A DNA stretch of 64,000 nt from Lama guanicoe (taxonomy: Eukaryota). Positions within the stretch are counted from its first letter, which is position 1; each line of letters begins with the position of its first letter. The notes under the pieces were generated by a model. It was not told the origin of the DNA. It made no database searches and saw only the letters and a list, made by a program, of their open reading frames with translations. The stretch is taken from assembly GCA_013239625.1 (NCBI GenBank), contig MU054122.1, positions 708,773-772,772 of the forward strand, given 5' to 3'. Positions 1 to 14,500 of the stretch are shown here, piece by piece. The translations under genes and the position numbers were made by a program.

Positions 1-1140
1 ATCATTACTTTAAACCCTTTCTCAAATAAATTGCCTGTCTCCTCATTGCTTATTTCTGCTTTTGGGATTTTTATCTTGTGCTTTGGCTTGGAAGATATTC
101 CTCTGCCACCTCATATTGTCTATCTTTCTTTTTATATTTTTAGCTAGGTTAGTTATGTTTCTCGACCTTGGAGAGGTGGCCCTCTGTGGGAGACATCATA
201 TGCATCCCAGCAGGACACTCCTCTCTTGTCACCCAAGGACCAAGGTCCAGCCGGGCTCAGGGTAGAGTCTGGCCTGTGTTTGTGGATTCCTTCTGCCCCC
301 TGGTGGATGAGGCTGGACTAGAGGCTTATGCAGGTTTCACGGTGTCTGCCCAGTGCTGGGTGAACTTTGGTCCTGGACCTCTGGTGGGCAGGGCTGTATC
401 TAGAGGCCTTTGTAGCTCAGGAAGTCTGCTAATGGGCAGGGCTGTGTTCCCATCTAGTATGTTGTTTGGCCTGAGGCTTCCCTACAGGCTGTTGGGTGGG
501 ACCAGATCTTGGTACTAATGATCCAGTCAAGATGTCAGCCTCCAGGAAAGCTCATGTAGATGAACACTCCTGGAATGTCTGCCACTAGCTTTTATGTCCC
601 CTGGGTGAGTTGCAGCTGTCTCCTATGTCCCCAAGAGAACTTCCAAAACCAGCAGGCATGTTGGTCCAGGTTCCTATGAAATCACTGCCTCTGCCCTTGG
701 ACCTGGTGCACGCAAGATTCTGTGTACGCTTCCCAAGAGAATGAAGTCTCTGTTTCCCCCAGTCCTGTGGGGCTCCTGGAGTTAAGCTCCACTGGCCTTC
801 AAAACCAGATGTCCCGGGGTCTCCTTCTTCTCGCAATGCCAGAACCCTGGGCTGGGGAGCCTGACATGGGTCTCTCACTCCCACTTAAGTCTCACTCTGT
901 GACTAAAGTATTCTTCAGCTTGTGGGTTGCCTACTGGGGGGTATGGGGCCCGATTATATTGTGAGCACGCCCCTCCTACCGTCCTGCTGTAGTTCCTTCT
1001 TTATGTTTCCAGTTTAAGATCTTTTTTGCTAGGTTCCAGGCTTTTTTTCCCCCCAATGGTGGTTTAGCAGTCAGTCGTGGTTTTTCTGTCGTTGGCAGGA
1101 GAGGCGAGCCTGTGGTCCTACCACTCCACCATCTTGACCA
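1..1140 (-). mobile_element. LINE-1 5' region (5'UTR/ORF1 remnant), continuing beyond the window start
   Basis: Ends in ccactccaccatcttga, the reverse complement of a typical L1 start (tcaagatggtggag); similar to the 5' part of the element at 39.6-40.7 kb. Confidence 0.7.
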
Positions 1141-1144
1141 GAAA

Positions 1145-1235
1145 TCTATCCGTTTACCAGTTGATGGACATTTAGGTTTCCATGTCTTGGCTATTGTAAA
1201 TATTACTGCTGTGAACACTGAGGTGCAGGTGTGTT
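1145..1235 (-). mobile_element. LINE-1 3' fragment
   Basis: gatggacatttaggtttccatgtcttggctattgtaaa, the same motif as at ~3190 and ~37420. Confidence 0.7.
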
Positions 1236-1730
1236 AGTCTTACGTGATCTGGGTTGTGAAATATTTCTGCGACTTCTCAGAGTGCTTGCAAGGTTCTCCT
1301 TTTGTAGACCACGTTTTATTTTGCTTTTTTGGCTCTAGATTCTTATACAGTATGGCTAGTGTGAAGTCGGGGCTGGCACCCACCTATGGCACAGACTTGT
1401 TATTTATTTTCAAAAAGAAGAATTTTTTTTCTTCCTGCACCGAGAACCCAAGGCGGATGACAAGAATCTCTGTCATTTCCTCGTTCTGTGGGTGGAGTTT
1501 TCTCATTCTCCTCTCGCAGAGGGGTTACTGTTAGTGGGTATCATCTTTATGTAAGGACTTCAGTTCTTCTTGTTTCAGGTAGGCTGATGGCCAAATATTC
1601 TAATCTGTATGGGCAGTCATACCCCAGGCCCTAGACCCCAGGACCTTAATCAAGGTCTGATACATGACTGCCTGACTATAATCTCAGCATGTGCATTTTC
1701 CATTCCAGCTTTTTAGTTTTCTAGTACTTA

Positions 1731-1841
1731 GTTTATTTTTTTATTTTTAAACTTTTATTTTAAAGGAGATACTGGGGATTGACCTGGGACCTCATGCAGG
1801 TTAAGCATGAGCTCTACCACTGAGCTACACCCGTATCTCCA
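1731..1841 (-). mobile_element. tRNA-derived SINE (camelid Vic-type) with TSD CTAGTACTTA
   Basis: gggattga..ctgggacctcatgca..taagcatgagctctaccactgagcta (reverse A/B boxes); T-rich tail; TSD at 1721-1730 and 1842-1851. Confidence 0.85.
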
Positions 1842-2422
1842 CTAGTACTTATTTTTGATACCTGGAGACTTCCCCATCTCTCTCTCTCCGATTCTAGTAT
1901 GGATTTTTTTGTTTATTGTTATGTTTTTATTTAGCATTTCTGTGTGCTTGAAGTGTAGGAGAGAAACCACAGCAAATCATGTTGCCAGAAGTTTGGTAAA
2001 TACCCTCCTGTGACCAAATGATACGGCTTTATACTCCTCATCTACTACTGGCCTCAGTAGGCGACTAGGCTTATCATTCTGCAGATTATTTCCTGTGGTT
2101 ACCTATTCCAAAACCGAGCTCCTAGCCATTTTGTTCAGTTTCTCTGGTAAATATTTGGCAAATCATTTTTGTTGCAAATTGCATCAGAAGTGGAAAGAAT
2201 GACTCCCTCCACCCCCATTTTGTATGACAACTTGTCACATGAGGAACAGTGAACTTCTGTTTTCTTTATTCACATAAATTATCTTCATTGCCTGTGACAG
2301 TATTCGTGTTTGTGCTCTTTACACATATCTTTTGTTTACCAATTTGTGTTACATGCTAGGAGAATTGTTAAGTGATATTATGTAATAAATATGCACGATA
2401 ATTTGCTTGATAACATTAACAG

Positions 2423-2538
2423 GGCTGGAAAAGACATGGCTTCTACTGCTATTTGATTGGACACACACTTTCAACGTTCGCAGAAGCTAACCAAACCTGT
2501 GCAAATGAGAAGGCTTACCTAACAACTGTTGAAGACAG
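2423..2538 (+). CDS. MRC1: MRC1 exon ~10 (CTLD3 start), 116 nt
   Basis: aacag|GGCTGG...GAAGACAG|gtatgc; GWKRHGFYCYLIGHTLSTFAEANQTCANEKAYLTTVED. Confidence 0.93.
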
Positions 2539-5500
2539 GTATGCCGTTACTTTAATTTTATTTTCAAATATTTCAAATAATGAAACATTTCCAGGAAATC
2601 ATATCAATGCGCTCTGAATTTCTGAGTAAATTATATTCAATCTTGTAAAGGTAGCACCATTAAAGAACGCATATTTTTTAATTGAGTTGTAGTCAGTTTA
2701 CAATGTTGTGTCAATTTCTGGTGTACAGCACAGTTTTTCAGTCATACATGAATATACATATGTTCGTTTTCATATTCTTTTTCACCATGAGCTACTACAA
2801 GATCATGGATATATTTCCCTGTGCTATACAGTATAAACTTGTTTATCTATTCTATATATACCTGTCAGTATCTATAAATCTCGAGCTCCCAGTCTGTCCC
2901 TACCCACCCACCTCCCCCTCAGCAACCACAGGTTTGTATTCTATGTCTGTCAGTTGTGTTTCTGTTTTATATTTAAGTTCATTTATCTTCTGTTTTTGTT
3001 TTTATTTTTTTAGATTCCACATATGAGTGATATCATATGGTATTTTTCTTTCTCTTTCTGGCTAGCTTCACTTAGAATGACATTCTCCAGGAGCATCCAT
3101 GTTGCTGCAAATTGCATTATGTTGTCATTTTATGGCTGAATAGTATTCCATTGTATAAATATACCACAATTTCTTTATGCAGTCATCTGTCGATGAACAT
3201 TTAGGTTGTTTCCACGTCTTGGCTATTGTAAATTGTGCTGCTATGAACATTGGGGTGCTGGTGTCTTTTTGAATTAGGGTTCTTTCTGGATATATGCCCA
3301 GGAGTAGGATTACCCAGCAAAAAACATATTTTTATTTGGATTCTTTTTTGCAAACACTATAAAATATTTTGCTCTTTTTAGTACCATAAAACAATATTCA
3401 GAACAGTTTGCTAATACTCCAGTAAATGTCATTTATTGTCCTTTTTTTTATGTAATAGATGTCAAATTTTTTAAAGCAGGGAAAGTAAAATTTGTTATCT
3501 CAAAATTCCACTTTCTATCTTTACTACCACCTCCAATAAAAAAGAGGATGGAGAGATTTATGAAATATTTTATTAATTATTTCCATGGTTTTCTTTTCTT
3601 TGCTAGGTTTACTGGACTAATAGGTCTAGAAAATGATGTGGCCATAAACAAGATTTTATGTAACTTTTAACCTCTAGAGTCCTATCCACCTTTGGGATTT
3701 CAGTTTTTTTAAAAAAATTTCTCCTACTTTTTGCAAAGCACTGGATCAGATAGAGAAGAAACATAAAATAATTTTTTTAAATGTCCATTTGATTTGGAGT
3801 AAACAAAGATGATTGCATTTTAATATAGTGAGTTATAATTATTGGCTTTTCAAGGCAGACCCAATTGAATGTAGAGGATGCTAAAAATTCTTTGATAAAA
3901 TGAAAGATGTCATAGAATTTGTATAGTCTTTATAAAAGAACTTGTATGTCAACATTCTTTTTTCATGTACAATTAAATGTCTAACACATTGTAACACCTT
4001 GATATAATGCTAACATCTGAAAATCAGAGCATAGATACTTTTTCTCTTATGACAAGGAGGTGAACTGTCCATCTTTCAGTACCATGGGAGCATGTTCTGA
4101 TGTGAACCATTGATCTTTGGGTCTACTGGCGCAGAGATTTCCCTGTTTTATATTTTACGTTTGCTTTTCTGTATGTGTTTTCTATGATACTTCTGTTCAG
4201 GAGCTCCCCAACTGAGGTTAAATTTGGTTTTTAGACATTGAAGAAAAATTGAGTTTGTTACTTTTCATGCTTTGCATTTGTTTGGTTTAGGGAATGAAAT
4301 TATTCAGACTGGGTCAAACAAATGTTCTGTTATTGTGGCTTTCTCTCCACTTCCCTCTCTGCTCTCTCTGGAGTCATCTACACCTCCCTTCATTCCTGGA
4401 AACTTTGGGACACTAGTTTTCTTTTGCTCCAAAGAGAGATTTTTTTGTATATATTGTATCATTGTCTAATGCCTGTCAATTAAGATAGACTTTGCTTTAC
4501 TAACCACATTGTGTTAATACCAGATTATGCCAAATACAAGGATGAGTCCAGAGGGAGAGAAAATGTTGAAATTTGTGATTCTGCTCCCTTTTCTTTCTAG
4601 AGACTGAATCTCTACTTCTCTGTGTTTTTTGATAATTTTCTCTTCTGTTTACAGATGAGGTAAGAGAATGAAATTGAAAGGAGAGTCCACAGAGATTTTC
4701 TAATTGTATTATCCTTGATAATGTTATAACATCTCAACTTCCTTAACCAAGAATTATGTAGAACACTTGAAGTAGTTGAGAGTGGACTGATTTTTAAATA
4801 ATATATTTTAAAAGGCTAATAAAAAAGAATAAAATAATGCCATTTGCAGCAACATGGATGGACCTGGAGATCGTCATTCTAAGTAAAGTAAACCAGAAAG
4901 AGAAAGAAAAATACCTTGTGATATCACTCATATGTAGACTCTTAAAAAAAAAAAAAAGAGGATACTGTGAACTCATCTACAAAACAGAAACAGACTTGCA
5001 GACTTAGTAAACAAGTTTTGGTTACTGGGGAAAGAGGGTGGGAGGAGATAAACTTGGGAGTTTGAGATTTACAAATGTTCGCTACTATATATAAAAATAG
5101 ATTTTTAAAAAAGTTTCTTTTGTAGAGCACAGGGAACTATGTTCAATATCTTGTAATAACCTTTAATGAAAAAAATATGAAAACAAATATATGTATGTGT
5201 ATGCATCACCAGGACACTGCTCTACACCAGAAATTGACATATTGTGATGTGATTTACTTCAGTAAAAGTTTTCTCCTTTGCATTTTCAGAGTTCTTTTAC
5301 CTTTTGAGGAGGGGCAGGGGGGCTGATGAGCAATAGAGAGAAATGGTTTGGGTACATTTGTGTGACTTTATTCAATCAGCCGTATAAGATTTTTTTCTTT
5401 CACAAGAGCCCATGTCCTTAGTGAAAATTTGCATAATTTAAAGAATATTTAAATACAACACAGTGGGTTTGAATTGGCAATGAAATCGTAGCTCAGGCAT

Positions 5501-8500
5501 ACAATTGAGAGATTTTTAATGTGGATAATTAGAAAAATTCACATTTTTCTAAAATTCAGTTACTTTTTTTTTTTTTTAAGATATGAACAAGCCTTTCTGA
5601 CTAGTTTGGTTGGATTGAGGCCTGAAAGGTATTTTTGGACAGGACTTTCAGATGTACAAAACAAAGGGACCTTTCAGTGGACCGTTGCAGAAGATGTGCA
5701 GTTCACCCACTGGAATTCCGATATGCCAGGTACGTGCCCGGCTTCCACCTTGGGTTTCCATTCACCCTACACGTCCATTGAGCCGAGCCTGTGACTGCTC
5801 CGTGTACCTTTCCAAACAGGCTTACATCAGTTAGTTGTGCTCTTTAAATTTCATTATTTTATATTTCACTCTTTTTTTGTTTTTTCTTTTTCTTTCAAAA
5901 ATATTCCAATTAGTTTGTAGCAGTCTAAGAAAAAAAGGAAGAGAAAACAGCTTGGTTATCGGGTACTGCTCTATTTCGAATATTTATGAAATATTGATGA
6001 AATCCTAAATAGTCCTAAAGATGCCAAATGGTTAATATACTTCTGAAAACTTAAAACTGTACTTAAGGGATATGAAGCTTTTCAGTGCAACTATGAGCAC
6101 AAATATTACCGTGCTGGGGCAGTGGGGCCACGGATGGTGCTTAGGTGGGACTCATTATTTCAATGTCTTGTAGGTGCCACACTATTTAGCCCTTTCTATG
6201 CCTCGGATTTTATTTCATCCTTATAAAAAATCTGCGAGGCAAGTTCAAATATCCTCGTAAAGATGGGGAAACTGGGACTCAGAAAATTTATGCGGTCAGA
6301 AAGCTTCCAAGCGTGGATTTAGACTAATCTTTGTAATTCCCAAATCTGTGCTGTGTGCATTAATACCATCCTGCCTCCTTATAAATTTTGATATGCCTTC
6401 TTTAATAAGTCATTTCTGAGCAGACTTTGAGTCTTTGCTTTCTTTATGCGCTGGTGTCATAGCATATGATTGCACTCAGGAAATTCAGCCTCCTTAGAGC
6501 AAGTGTTTCATTGAATCTGGATAAAAAGCTAAAGGAGTAATATATAGCTTAAATGCATCAATTTGCTACTCGGCCTAGTAAGTCCTAATCTTCCGAAGTT
6601 TTTAAAATTTGTATCCCCAGCTGTTAATAAGGAAAATAGATCAGTAATTTGGAGAATGTGGCTTTTGTTTAATTATTGAATATTCTGAAAAATGGTAAGA
6701 TTTCAGTTTAAAGAACAGGACATTATGTTAAGAGCAGAATGCACACTTAAAAAAAAAATATTGGTCAAGAGTGGTAATTCTTACCCTTCAGGCAAAACTC
6801 CTTAACTTCACTGGTTGGTGTTGATCATTTAGCAGTAGGATTCTAAGAGATTACTCTGGGAACATCCTTAGGGGGTTAAAAATGAATCAAACCAGAACTC
6901 TAGGGAACTAGCCTTCTTAGAGAAAATATTTTGGGAAAGATGTATCTCCCCAGAACTTTGAGAGTTACTTCTGAACGCTTAACTGTTCTTTAAAGGAACA
7001 ATAATAAAAGATGACCTCATGTCGGCAGCAAGAAATCCTAATGTTTTCAAAGCTTCATCTTAGTTAATTACTGTTTCAAACTAATCATGACTGTAACACA
7101 CAATTATAAACTATGAAGCCTGGTATAATCTACATTTTATTTTATGTACCCTTTTATCCATTGAAGCTGGTGTGCATCACGACTCTGTAAGGGAGGTAGT
7201 GATACTTGCATTTTAAGACGAGGAAATGAGTTCAGAATAGTTCAGCAACTGATCTAAAATCTCTAACTCAGTCAGGTCTCATTTTGAAGCCCGAAGAGTT
7301 TCTGTTCTGGGATATTTACATGGACCCCAGGGGGAAGAAACAGATCTTAAATACTTTCTTAAAAAAATGAAAGAAACATCAAAAACCATTATATTTGTCA
7401 TTATTGTAAATTTTATCATACTAGAAAAATTGTGTCTCTGTTGGTGGAGGGCCACCCTGCCAGCTGTTAGAAGTAAAAATGTTACTAAAACCCTGACCTT
7501 TGAGATTATAATTCAGCTGGGGATACAGGCCATGCAAATACAAGGTATATGATGGTTCAAAAATAGCACAAATCAGTTGCCAAATGCAGCAGGACCACTC
7601 CTCCACAGTTTTCTTATCAGGTGTGGATTTTATCACACGATTTGACAGTTAGGTGTGAACTGTCTTCTGTGAGCAGGGCTGGCTTGCATTATCACCTGCT
7701 GAGTGAAATCTACTTTATATTACTTGCAGGTCGGAAAGCTGGGTGTGTTGCCATGAGAACTGGGGTCGCAGGAGGCTTGTGGGATGTTTTGAGATGTGAA
7801 GAAAAGGCAAAATTTGTGTGCAAACACTGGGCAGAAGGAGTAACTCGCCCACCAGAGCCCACCACCACCGCTGAACCCAAATGTCCAGAGAATTGGGGCA
7901 CTTCCAGTAAAACTAGCTTGTGTTTCAAGGTAAGTGTCAGTTGCTCGGCTATTAAAGAATCTGGAATCTGCTTTGGCCTCAAGAATCCCCTAAGGAATTA
8001 AAACAGAACAAAACCGTTGTGCAAGCTCCACCTGTAGAAATCCTGATTTTATTGATGTGGAGGGGGCCTGGGCATTGGCTGTTTTTAAAGCACTCTCCTT
8101 GGGCGGGTGCAAAGGACCAGTTGCGTTTAGACTGACAAACACGGCTGAGACCCCAAACACAATGCACAGCAGCCTTTCTTCTCCTGCTTTGCCTTCATCA
8201 CCACCCCCCAACCCACCCCCACTCTTGACATCTTTCCTCTCCCTCACGCTCTCTAGCCCCAATCTGAGCTTGCATGTCTTTTTATCTTGATGAAAATTTC
8301 TGCTCCCCCTTATGCTATCCTATTGCACCCCATTTTTCACTCTGTTCTTTGAGTACAAGCTTTTAGCTAAGTGCGTCGATAAACAAGTCTGCAATCATGC
8401 CATGTAGGGATCCTAGAGAGGCTACCCCCTTGTTTTGAGTTAGCCCCTGATTATCATGCCTGAAGGGAGATGAAGGACCGCTCAGGAGGGGCACATGGCC

Positions 8501-11500
8501 ATTCGGTGTCCTATAAATGACAATCTGATATCCTGCTATCATTTTTTTCATTCCTGGGCTGGACCATCCATTTTCTCCTTGGGCAATCAAATTCACCCAA
8601 ACAAACATACCCCTGATACCCCAACAAATGAAGCATTTGGGTTTTTTTTTCTCTCTTGTAAATCATATTCTTTCTAGAGAAGGCTGGATTTAACCAAATA
8701 AAGCAATGCACCTATCTATCACCTAGTGACATTATTCTTTAAAGGCCAGCTCTCTGGACCTCTTTTGTTCAATCCTTTGAGGCATGTGGCCATGGTATGT
8801 TTTGTAAGATAGTTAGGCAAGGCCAGTGGGGGATTCGAAGTACTAACGTGCGTCAGAATGAGATCGTTTGGTCTCCTCTAACTCAAGGACTGGTTGGGTT
8901 GGTCACTCCCACCAGCAGCAACAGAGACTAATGAGCTACGCAACCCAGATTAGCCAGCCAAAGCTAAAAGCTTGGTTTATGTAGAAGGGCGTCTGTTGGG
9001 CCAACACAGGAGAGGATTTTGCAGATGGATTGAGGACTAACACAAAGCCCACCAGGTATTTTATTGCTGCTTCTGGAACCTTTTGAGTTATTACGCAGGG
9101 GCCAGGTTCATCCTGTACACAGCCATTCACCTGAGGGTAGCAGGTCGTAGAGATTTGTTGCTGGATTTTGCAAGAAGCGGCAGAATTCTCCAGAGCTGGA
9201 AAGTGAACCAAGGGCTCCGGTAAACGTGATCTGGGTGGACGTTGAACAAATCCACATATGTGCTTCCCTAGAAATTATGTGGTTTTAGAGATGCTTGGAG
9301 TAGGGTATATTTGAAAATATATAGACCATCTTTGCACATATTAAGATGTGGGGGTTATTAATAAAATTCAGCTGTTGGGAAATTGATTTAAGAAAATGAA
9401 ATCTTCAATCATGGTCTCACAAGCTGATATTCCTGGGGTCTTGGGAATTATTGAAGTGGAAATTTGCTCAAGGCACCTGTGTCCTGATAACCCAAGCAGG
9501 GTGAAGGTAAAAATTGCCTGGGGATGCTTGGTGACCACCGGACAGCCATAGTCCTTTGGAAGCAAATCCCTTTCTCTACAAGGTGGCGATGACAGGGGCC
9601 ATGTCTCATGCGAAACAGTGAATGGAAGCTATAAAAGTTGGGAGTTACATGGAACTCTATCCTGTTTGCATCCTGATAGATATTTCTCACACTGCCACTG
9701 TGGATTCCATGCCACCTGCAGTCCTTTGAAAAATATGACATAGTCTCTAAATTGTATTGATATTAAATGTAGTTCAGCTTACATCCCATCTTTTTAGATG
9801 CTCTGCCCATTAAGTGTCTGTCATGGCATGTGTGCCAATCATTGTTACAATATGCATCCATAAGGATAAAAGATAAGGCGGTATTCTTGCAGAACACTAC
9901 CAATGAAGTGTTGGAGACTGCCTGCCTATTCATTGTTTAACAGGATAACAAACTGTGGCATAACCTTAGGGAGGTTATTATCCTTAAAGTTTTCTTTTTT
10001 GTGTGTTTCCTTTCTCCATATGGAGTTTCTTTCCTTTTTCTTTTCTGTCTCAATGCCACTTTTCACACTGAACCAAATTAACCCCGTGAACCCTGTCTCC
10101 TGCAAGGAGCTCAGTGCTTAATCCATATGCCTAAAGTGTCTACACATTTAATCTGTGCTATAAAAATAATTTTGTTTTCTAAGGTTTTTATTTTCTACAA
10201 AATCATCCCCCAGATTTTGTTACCCAACTCTTTGCTCACCAATTGATCTTTCAACCGAGAGAATGACGTTGTTTGGGGGCCATTGTAATGTCTTTCTTTT
10301 CTACACATGAAAATCTCATCAGATTTGATAAGCTATGAAGTGTAAAAAAAATTTTCTGAATCTGTACCACCTTTAGCTGTTTACAAAAGGCAAACACGAG
10401 AAGAAGACTTGGTTTGAATCTCGAGACTTTTGCAGAGCTCTGGGTGGAGACCTAGCCAGTATCAATAACAAAGAGGAGCAGCAAGCAATATGGCGGTTAG
10501 TGACGTGAGTATCTTTTCTACGTAATACTCCTTTCTTTGACCCTTTCGGTGTTAATGATATGGAGAAAAGTCTCCTATTTCCAACAGTGTGGGCTTATTA
10601 TGCTGCTCTAAGTACATAGATCATATCCCAAATCTGTGGGCACTTTTGGATCTAGTTTTACTTCCAAAGGCTTTAATTTTATAGCTATGAAGCCTGTGAT
10701 GAATTGCTCTATAAACATATAAGACACTCAGTACATATTGTTACATGAATAAATGAATGAGTATCTGTCAGTGCTTTACAATTATTCTCGGATGGTGCCT
10801 TGTTTTCAGGATATTTACGGGTTGTACCAAAAGCACAACTGTGGCATAATGCTATGTTTAGTCATGGAATCCCTTTATCTGTGTAATAACTAATTAATGT
10901 TTTGGAGATCACTCTCAAATTTGATTAGGACTTGTAGGTAACCAAACTTGGTTCACGTAGTAACATAAGCTATCTTTATATCTTGTACGTTTTATATGTT
11001 TTATTTTATAATTTTTATTATATTATATTTATGTATTTTATTATTATATTTTGTTTTATTTATGTTATATTTTATTTTTATGTTTTACTTTATAAAACTT
11101 TATGTTTTATTTATATCTTGCAGGGCTAGTGGAAGCTACCACGAACTCTTTTGGTTGGGATTGACATATGGAAGTCCTTCTGAGGGTTTTACTTGGAGTG
11201 ATGGATCTCCCGTGAGTAACTTGACTTAATATATCATTTTCTTACTTTATCGTGTATTTATCTTTTTTTTTTGAGGTTAATTTTTGCTTTTATTTGCCAG
11301 TGTAACTTAACTACAGTGGCTTGCAAACTTTTCATGTATCTATCTTGATGTTACCCTTTGGCTTAATCCAAATTTTTGGTAAGACAGGTTATTAGGATAG
11401 CTGGAGACATTTTTCTATGTAAAATAAATTCTATTTTGCAATCCTTATCCTGCCCCTGCCCCTGCCCCAGTACAGGTGTCCTGTTCACCCAAGGCATGAG

Positions 11501-14500
11501 AAGGGTGGACTGGATGAAAAAAAAATGAGAGAACGCATTCCTCTAATTTATATAAAATAATGTCTTCATTCTATCACGCCAAATTGGTATGCAAGTTGCT
11601 AAACTTCTTAAAGATTGAGTGTTTATGGCCTCTTATAGATCAGGAATGGAAATAATTATTGATATTCCATTGAAAAACCATTAGGCTTCATCAGACTTCT
11701 CCATTCTCAGCAATTCTCAGGGATGGAGAAATGAGGGGCCACGGCACATGCTGGCAATGTTAACCCTCTGGTCATCACAGAAAGTGGTCTTGTGTAATTT
11801 CAATTCTGCCTCCTCTTACAAGCCATCATCAACTGTTTGAGGCATTTGGGTCTGGTGGATTATTTGATGGCTCCATTGATAACTTAGATTTTATGTTTAG
11901 ATCTCTGGAAAATAGATCATAATGCTTATCTCTAAAACCCTGTGGGCTGTGATTCCACTTTGAAAACTCCACAGGGGACCAAAACCAAGCCCTTTCCATT
12001 TATTTCCACTGCTCATTTTGGTAAAGATTAGCAGCTTGGTTAGCAATATCTCCTGTTTTTTTCTTTTGTAAGAAGAGCTCATTATATTTCTTTATCCTAT
12101 TGTTTCAAGAAAAAGAAAGTTTCCAACATCACATCTTATCCCTTAAGATCAGGTTATAGAGTCAGGAACTCCCAATACTGAGAAGTAGAACTTTTTTGCA
12201 AGGTTTTTCCTGTATATAAATCCAGCTTTCATGGCCTGGATCCAGTCTATTTAATATGAGTAAATGCAATTTTATAATCATTAATAGTGTATGCTATTCA
12301 GTTTCAAAAGTTTCCATGTAATGAAAGCTATTTCTTTCCCAGCTGTGTTCATAAACCTTGTTTCCAAAGCAAACCTATTGTGAAAAAAGTAAATAGGTTA
12401 AAAAAGATAAATGTATCTTTCTTTTTACGTTTGGATAGCAGATTGACACTGGCCTGATAGAAATGGCTGACAGTTGTTAACGTAACATTTATAACATAGG
12501 TTTCATATGAAAATTGGGCTTATGGAGAACCTAATAATTATCAAAATGTTGAATACTGTGGCGAGTTGAAAGGAGATCCCAGTATGTCCTGGAATGATAT
12601 TAACTGTGAACATCTTAACAACTGGATCTGCCAGATACGAAAAGGTATGATACCCGGTCCTCTCCTTCATCTCGGTTTGGAGAACTAACCTCCTGCAATC
12701 CCAGCATCTTCCCTTTATTAGCAGAACCAAACAAACAAAACAACAAAATAAGGGAACTGGCAGGGGTCATCATTTCACAGGATAAGAATGAAGTCACTGA
12801 GCATAGATAAATGTTCCAAAGGAACAGAAGATCAAGAGGCCACCCGGGATCCCTGGAGCAGAGTCACGTCCTCCAAAATACTTCCCACGAGCCGTGGCTC
12901 CGGCTCAGGTTCTGTAGTGTTGGGAGTGGGTGGGTCTTCTCCTCTGGATGCAGAGTAATGAGAATGCAATTTCTATTTGGGGATTTTCACCCTCTGACTC
13001 ACATCAGTCGTCCAATGGGTGAAAGTTTTTCTCAGTCTGAATATGCTAAGTACTGATTTCTCAAGGAAATGTTCAACCAAAGAACTGGCACCTTTTTGAA
13101 GCCCCTGATGCTATGAGACCCACTATGTTATTGATGGCCAAAAATTATCAATACATACATATCAGTCATGACCTGTGACTCAGAAAGTTTCACATATCCA
13201 AGTCAGGTATTGAGGGCAGAGGATCAAACGTTTTCTGTTACAATAAACACACACAGACCCACCCTTGAACCAGAGTATCCATCAGCTTCCTCCGCTGTAA
13301 ACAGATAAGTGGAACCACATTGCCCTCTGCTGTCAAGGAAACTTGGCTACTATTCCTGCTCTGTTGCTCAAGACAGTTCTCCTGTCTGTCTGCTTGCTTT
13401 CCTTTCTCCTTCTGCTTAGATGATGCTTCCAAGGTTTTCAGAATGGAAGCATAAATAGTGGCCAGTTCTTCTTTAAAGGCCTCCTAGCTACCGAGGACCA
13501 GTTTCCTTGTGTATTATTAGTAGCTTTGTTCTAAAAGGTGTTAAATACATTAAACCAAAAGCTAGATAACCTGAGTCCTTTTTATCAGATTCCAGCAAAG
13601 TCCAGGTGTATCATTCACTTCTTGGAAAGAAAAGTATTTCATTTAACTTTTTGTAAAACATACATTTAATAAGTTTTTTGAAGAAAATATATTTCACAAA
13701 AAAACAGTTTGTATTTAATGGTTTCAAATCATGAAAATTTAAGTCACTCCACAGCTAGTTATAAGATGTGTGACTGTAAAGCGGACAGCTATTGAGCACC
13801 TTCTGAATACCAACAACTTGCACGTTTTATCCCATAGCTTTACATGTATGACTAACTCCTTTCTGCTGCTGAGAAAATTAAGGGTAAGAAATTTAAATCC
13901 AGTTGTGGGAGTTGAATCTCGGCTTTCTAATTCCAAAAGTGATGGGTTTTTTTTCTTTCTTTTTATATGATGCTCTTTGTTATGCCTGAAAACTGTCTTC
14001 CAGTTTCTGGTGGTGCTGTACCTAATTTGTTTAGCTCTTACCTCCCTAATTCCGTTTCCCTTTATCCTCCTCCCCCACAGCACGGCAGGAGGATTGGAGA
14101 GTGGAAGGGAGAAAGAGAAAGAGAGAGCAGTTAAGTTTTCAGTTGTAACTGACTGTGAAACTAGGAAGTAATGTAATAGCAGATGTTCAAGTATACTTTG
14201 TATCTAATCTTCTCTTGTTTTCCAGGACAAACACCCAACCCTGAGCCAACCCCAGCTCCTCAAGACAGTAGGTGTTACCTTTTCTCTGATCTCCATATTG
14301 ATGTTCCCCTTCTCTTTCCTTTCTTAATGAAAAACAAAATACTTACCCTTGGAAGGTGGAGAGAAGAGATTCTTAGTATCTTTGAGAATCTCATGAAAGT
14401 TTGGATCTTCTCCTCCAGACAGATACACGCACAAACACAAAGAGGCTTGTTAATACAATGTCTCAGGGTTCGTGAAACTAATCCAAGGACCTCAGGTGAT

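Noticed and set aside
1731..1841. tRNA gene-like A/B boxes (also at 16056-16217 and 32124-32224)
   Set aside because: Degenerate, with T-rich tails and TSDs: tRNA-derived SINEs, not tRNA genes.
1..2422. miR-511, the known MRC1 intronic miRNA
   Set aside because: It lies in intron 5 as I recall, upstream of the first exon present here (~exon 10); no matching hairpin was seen.
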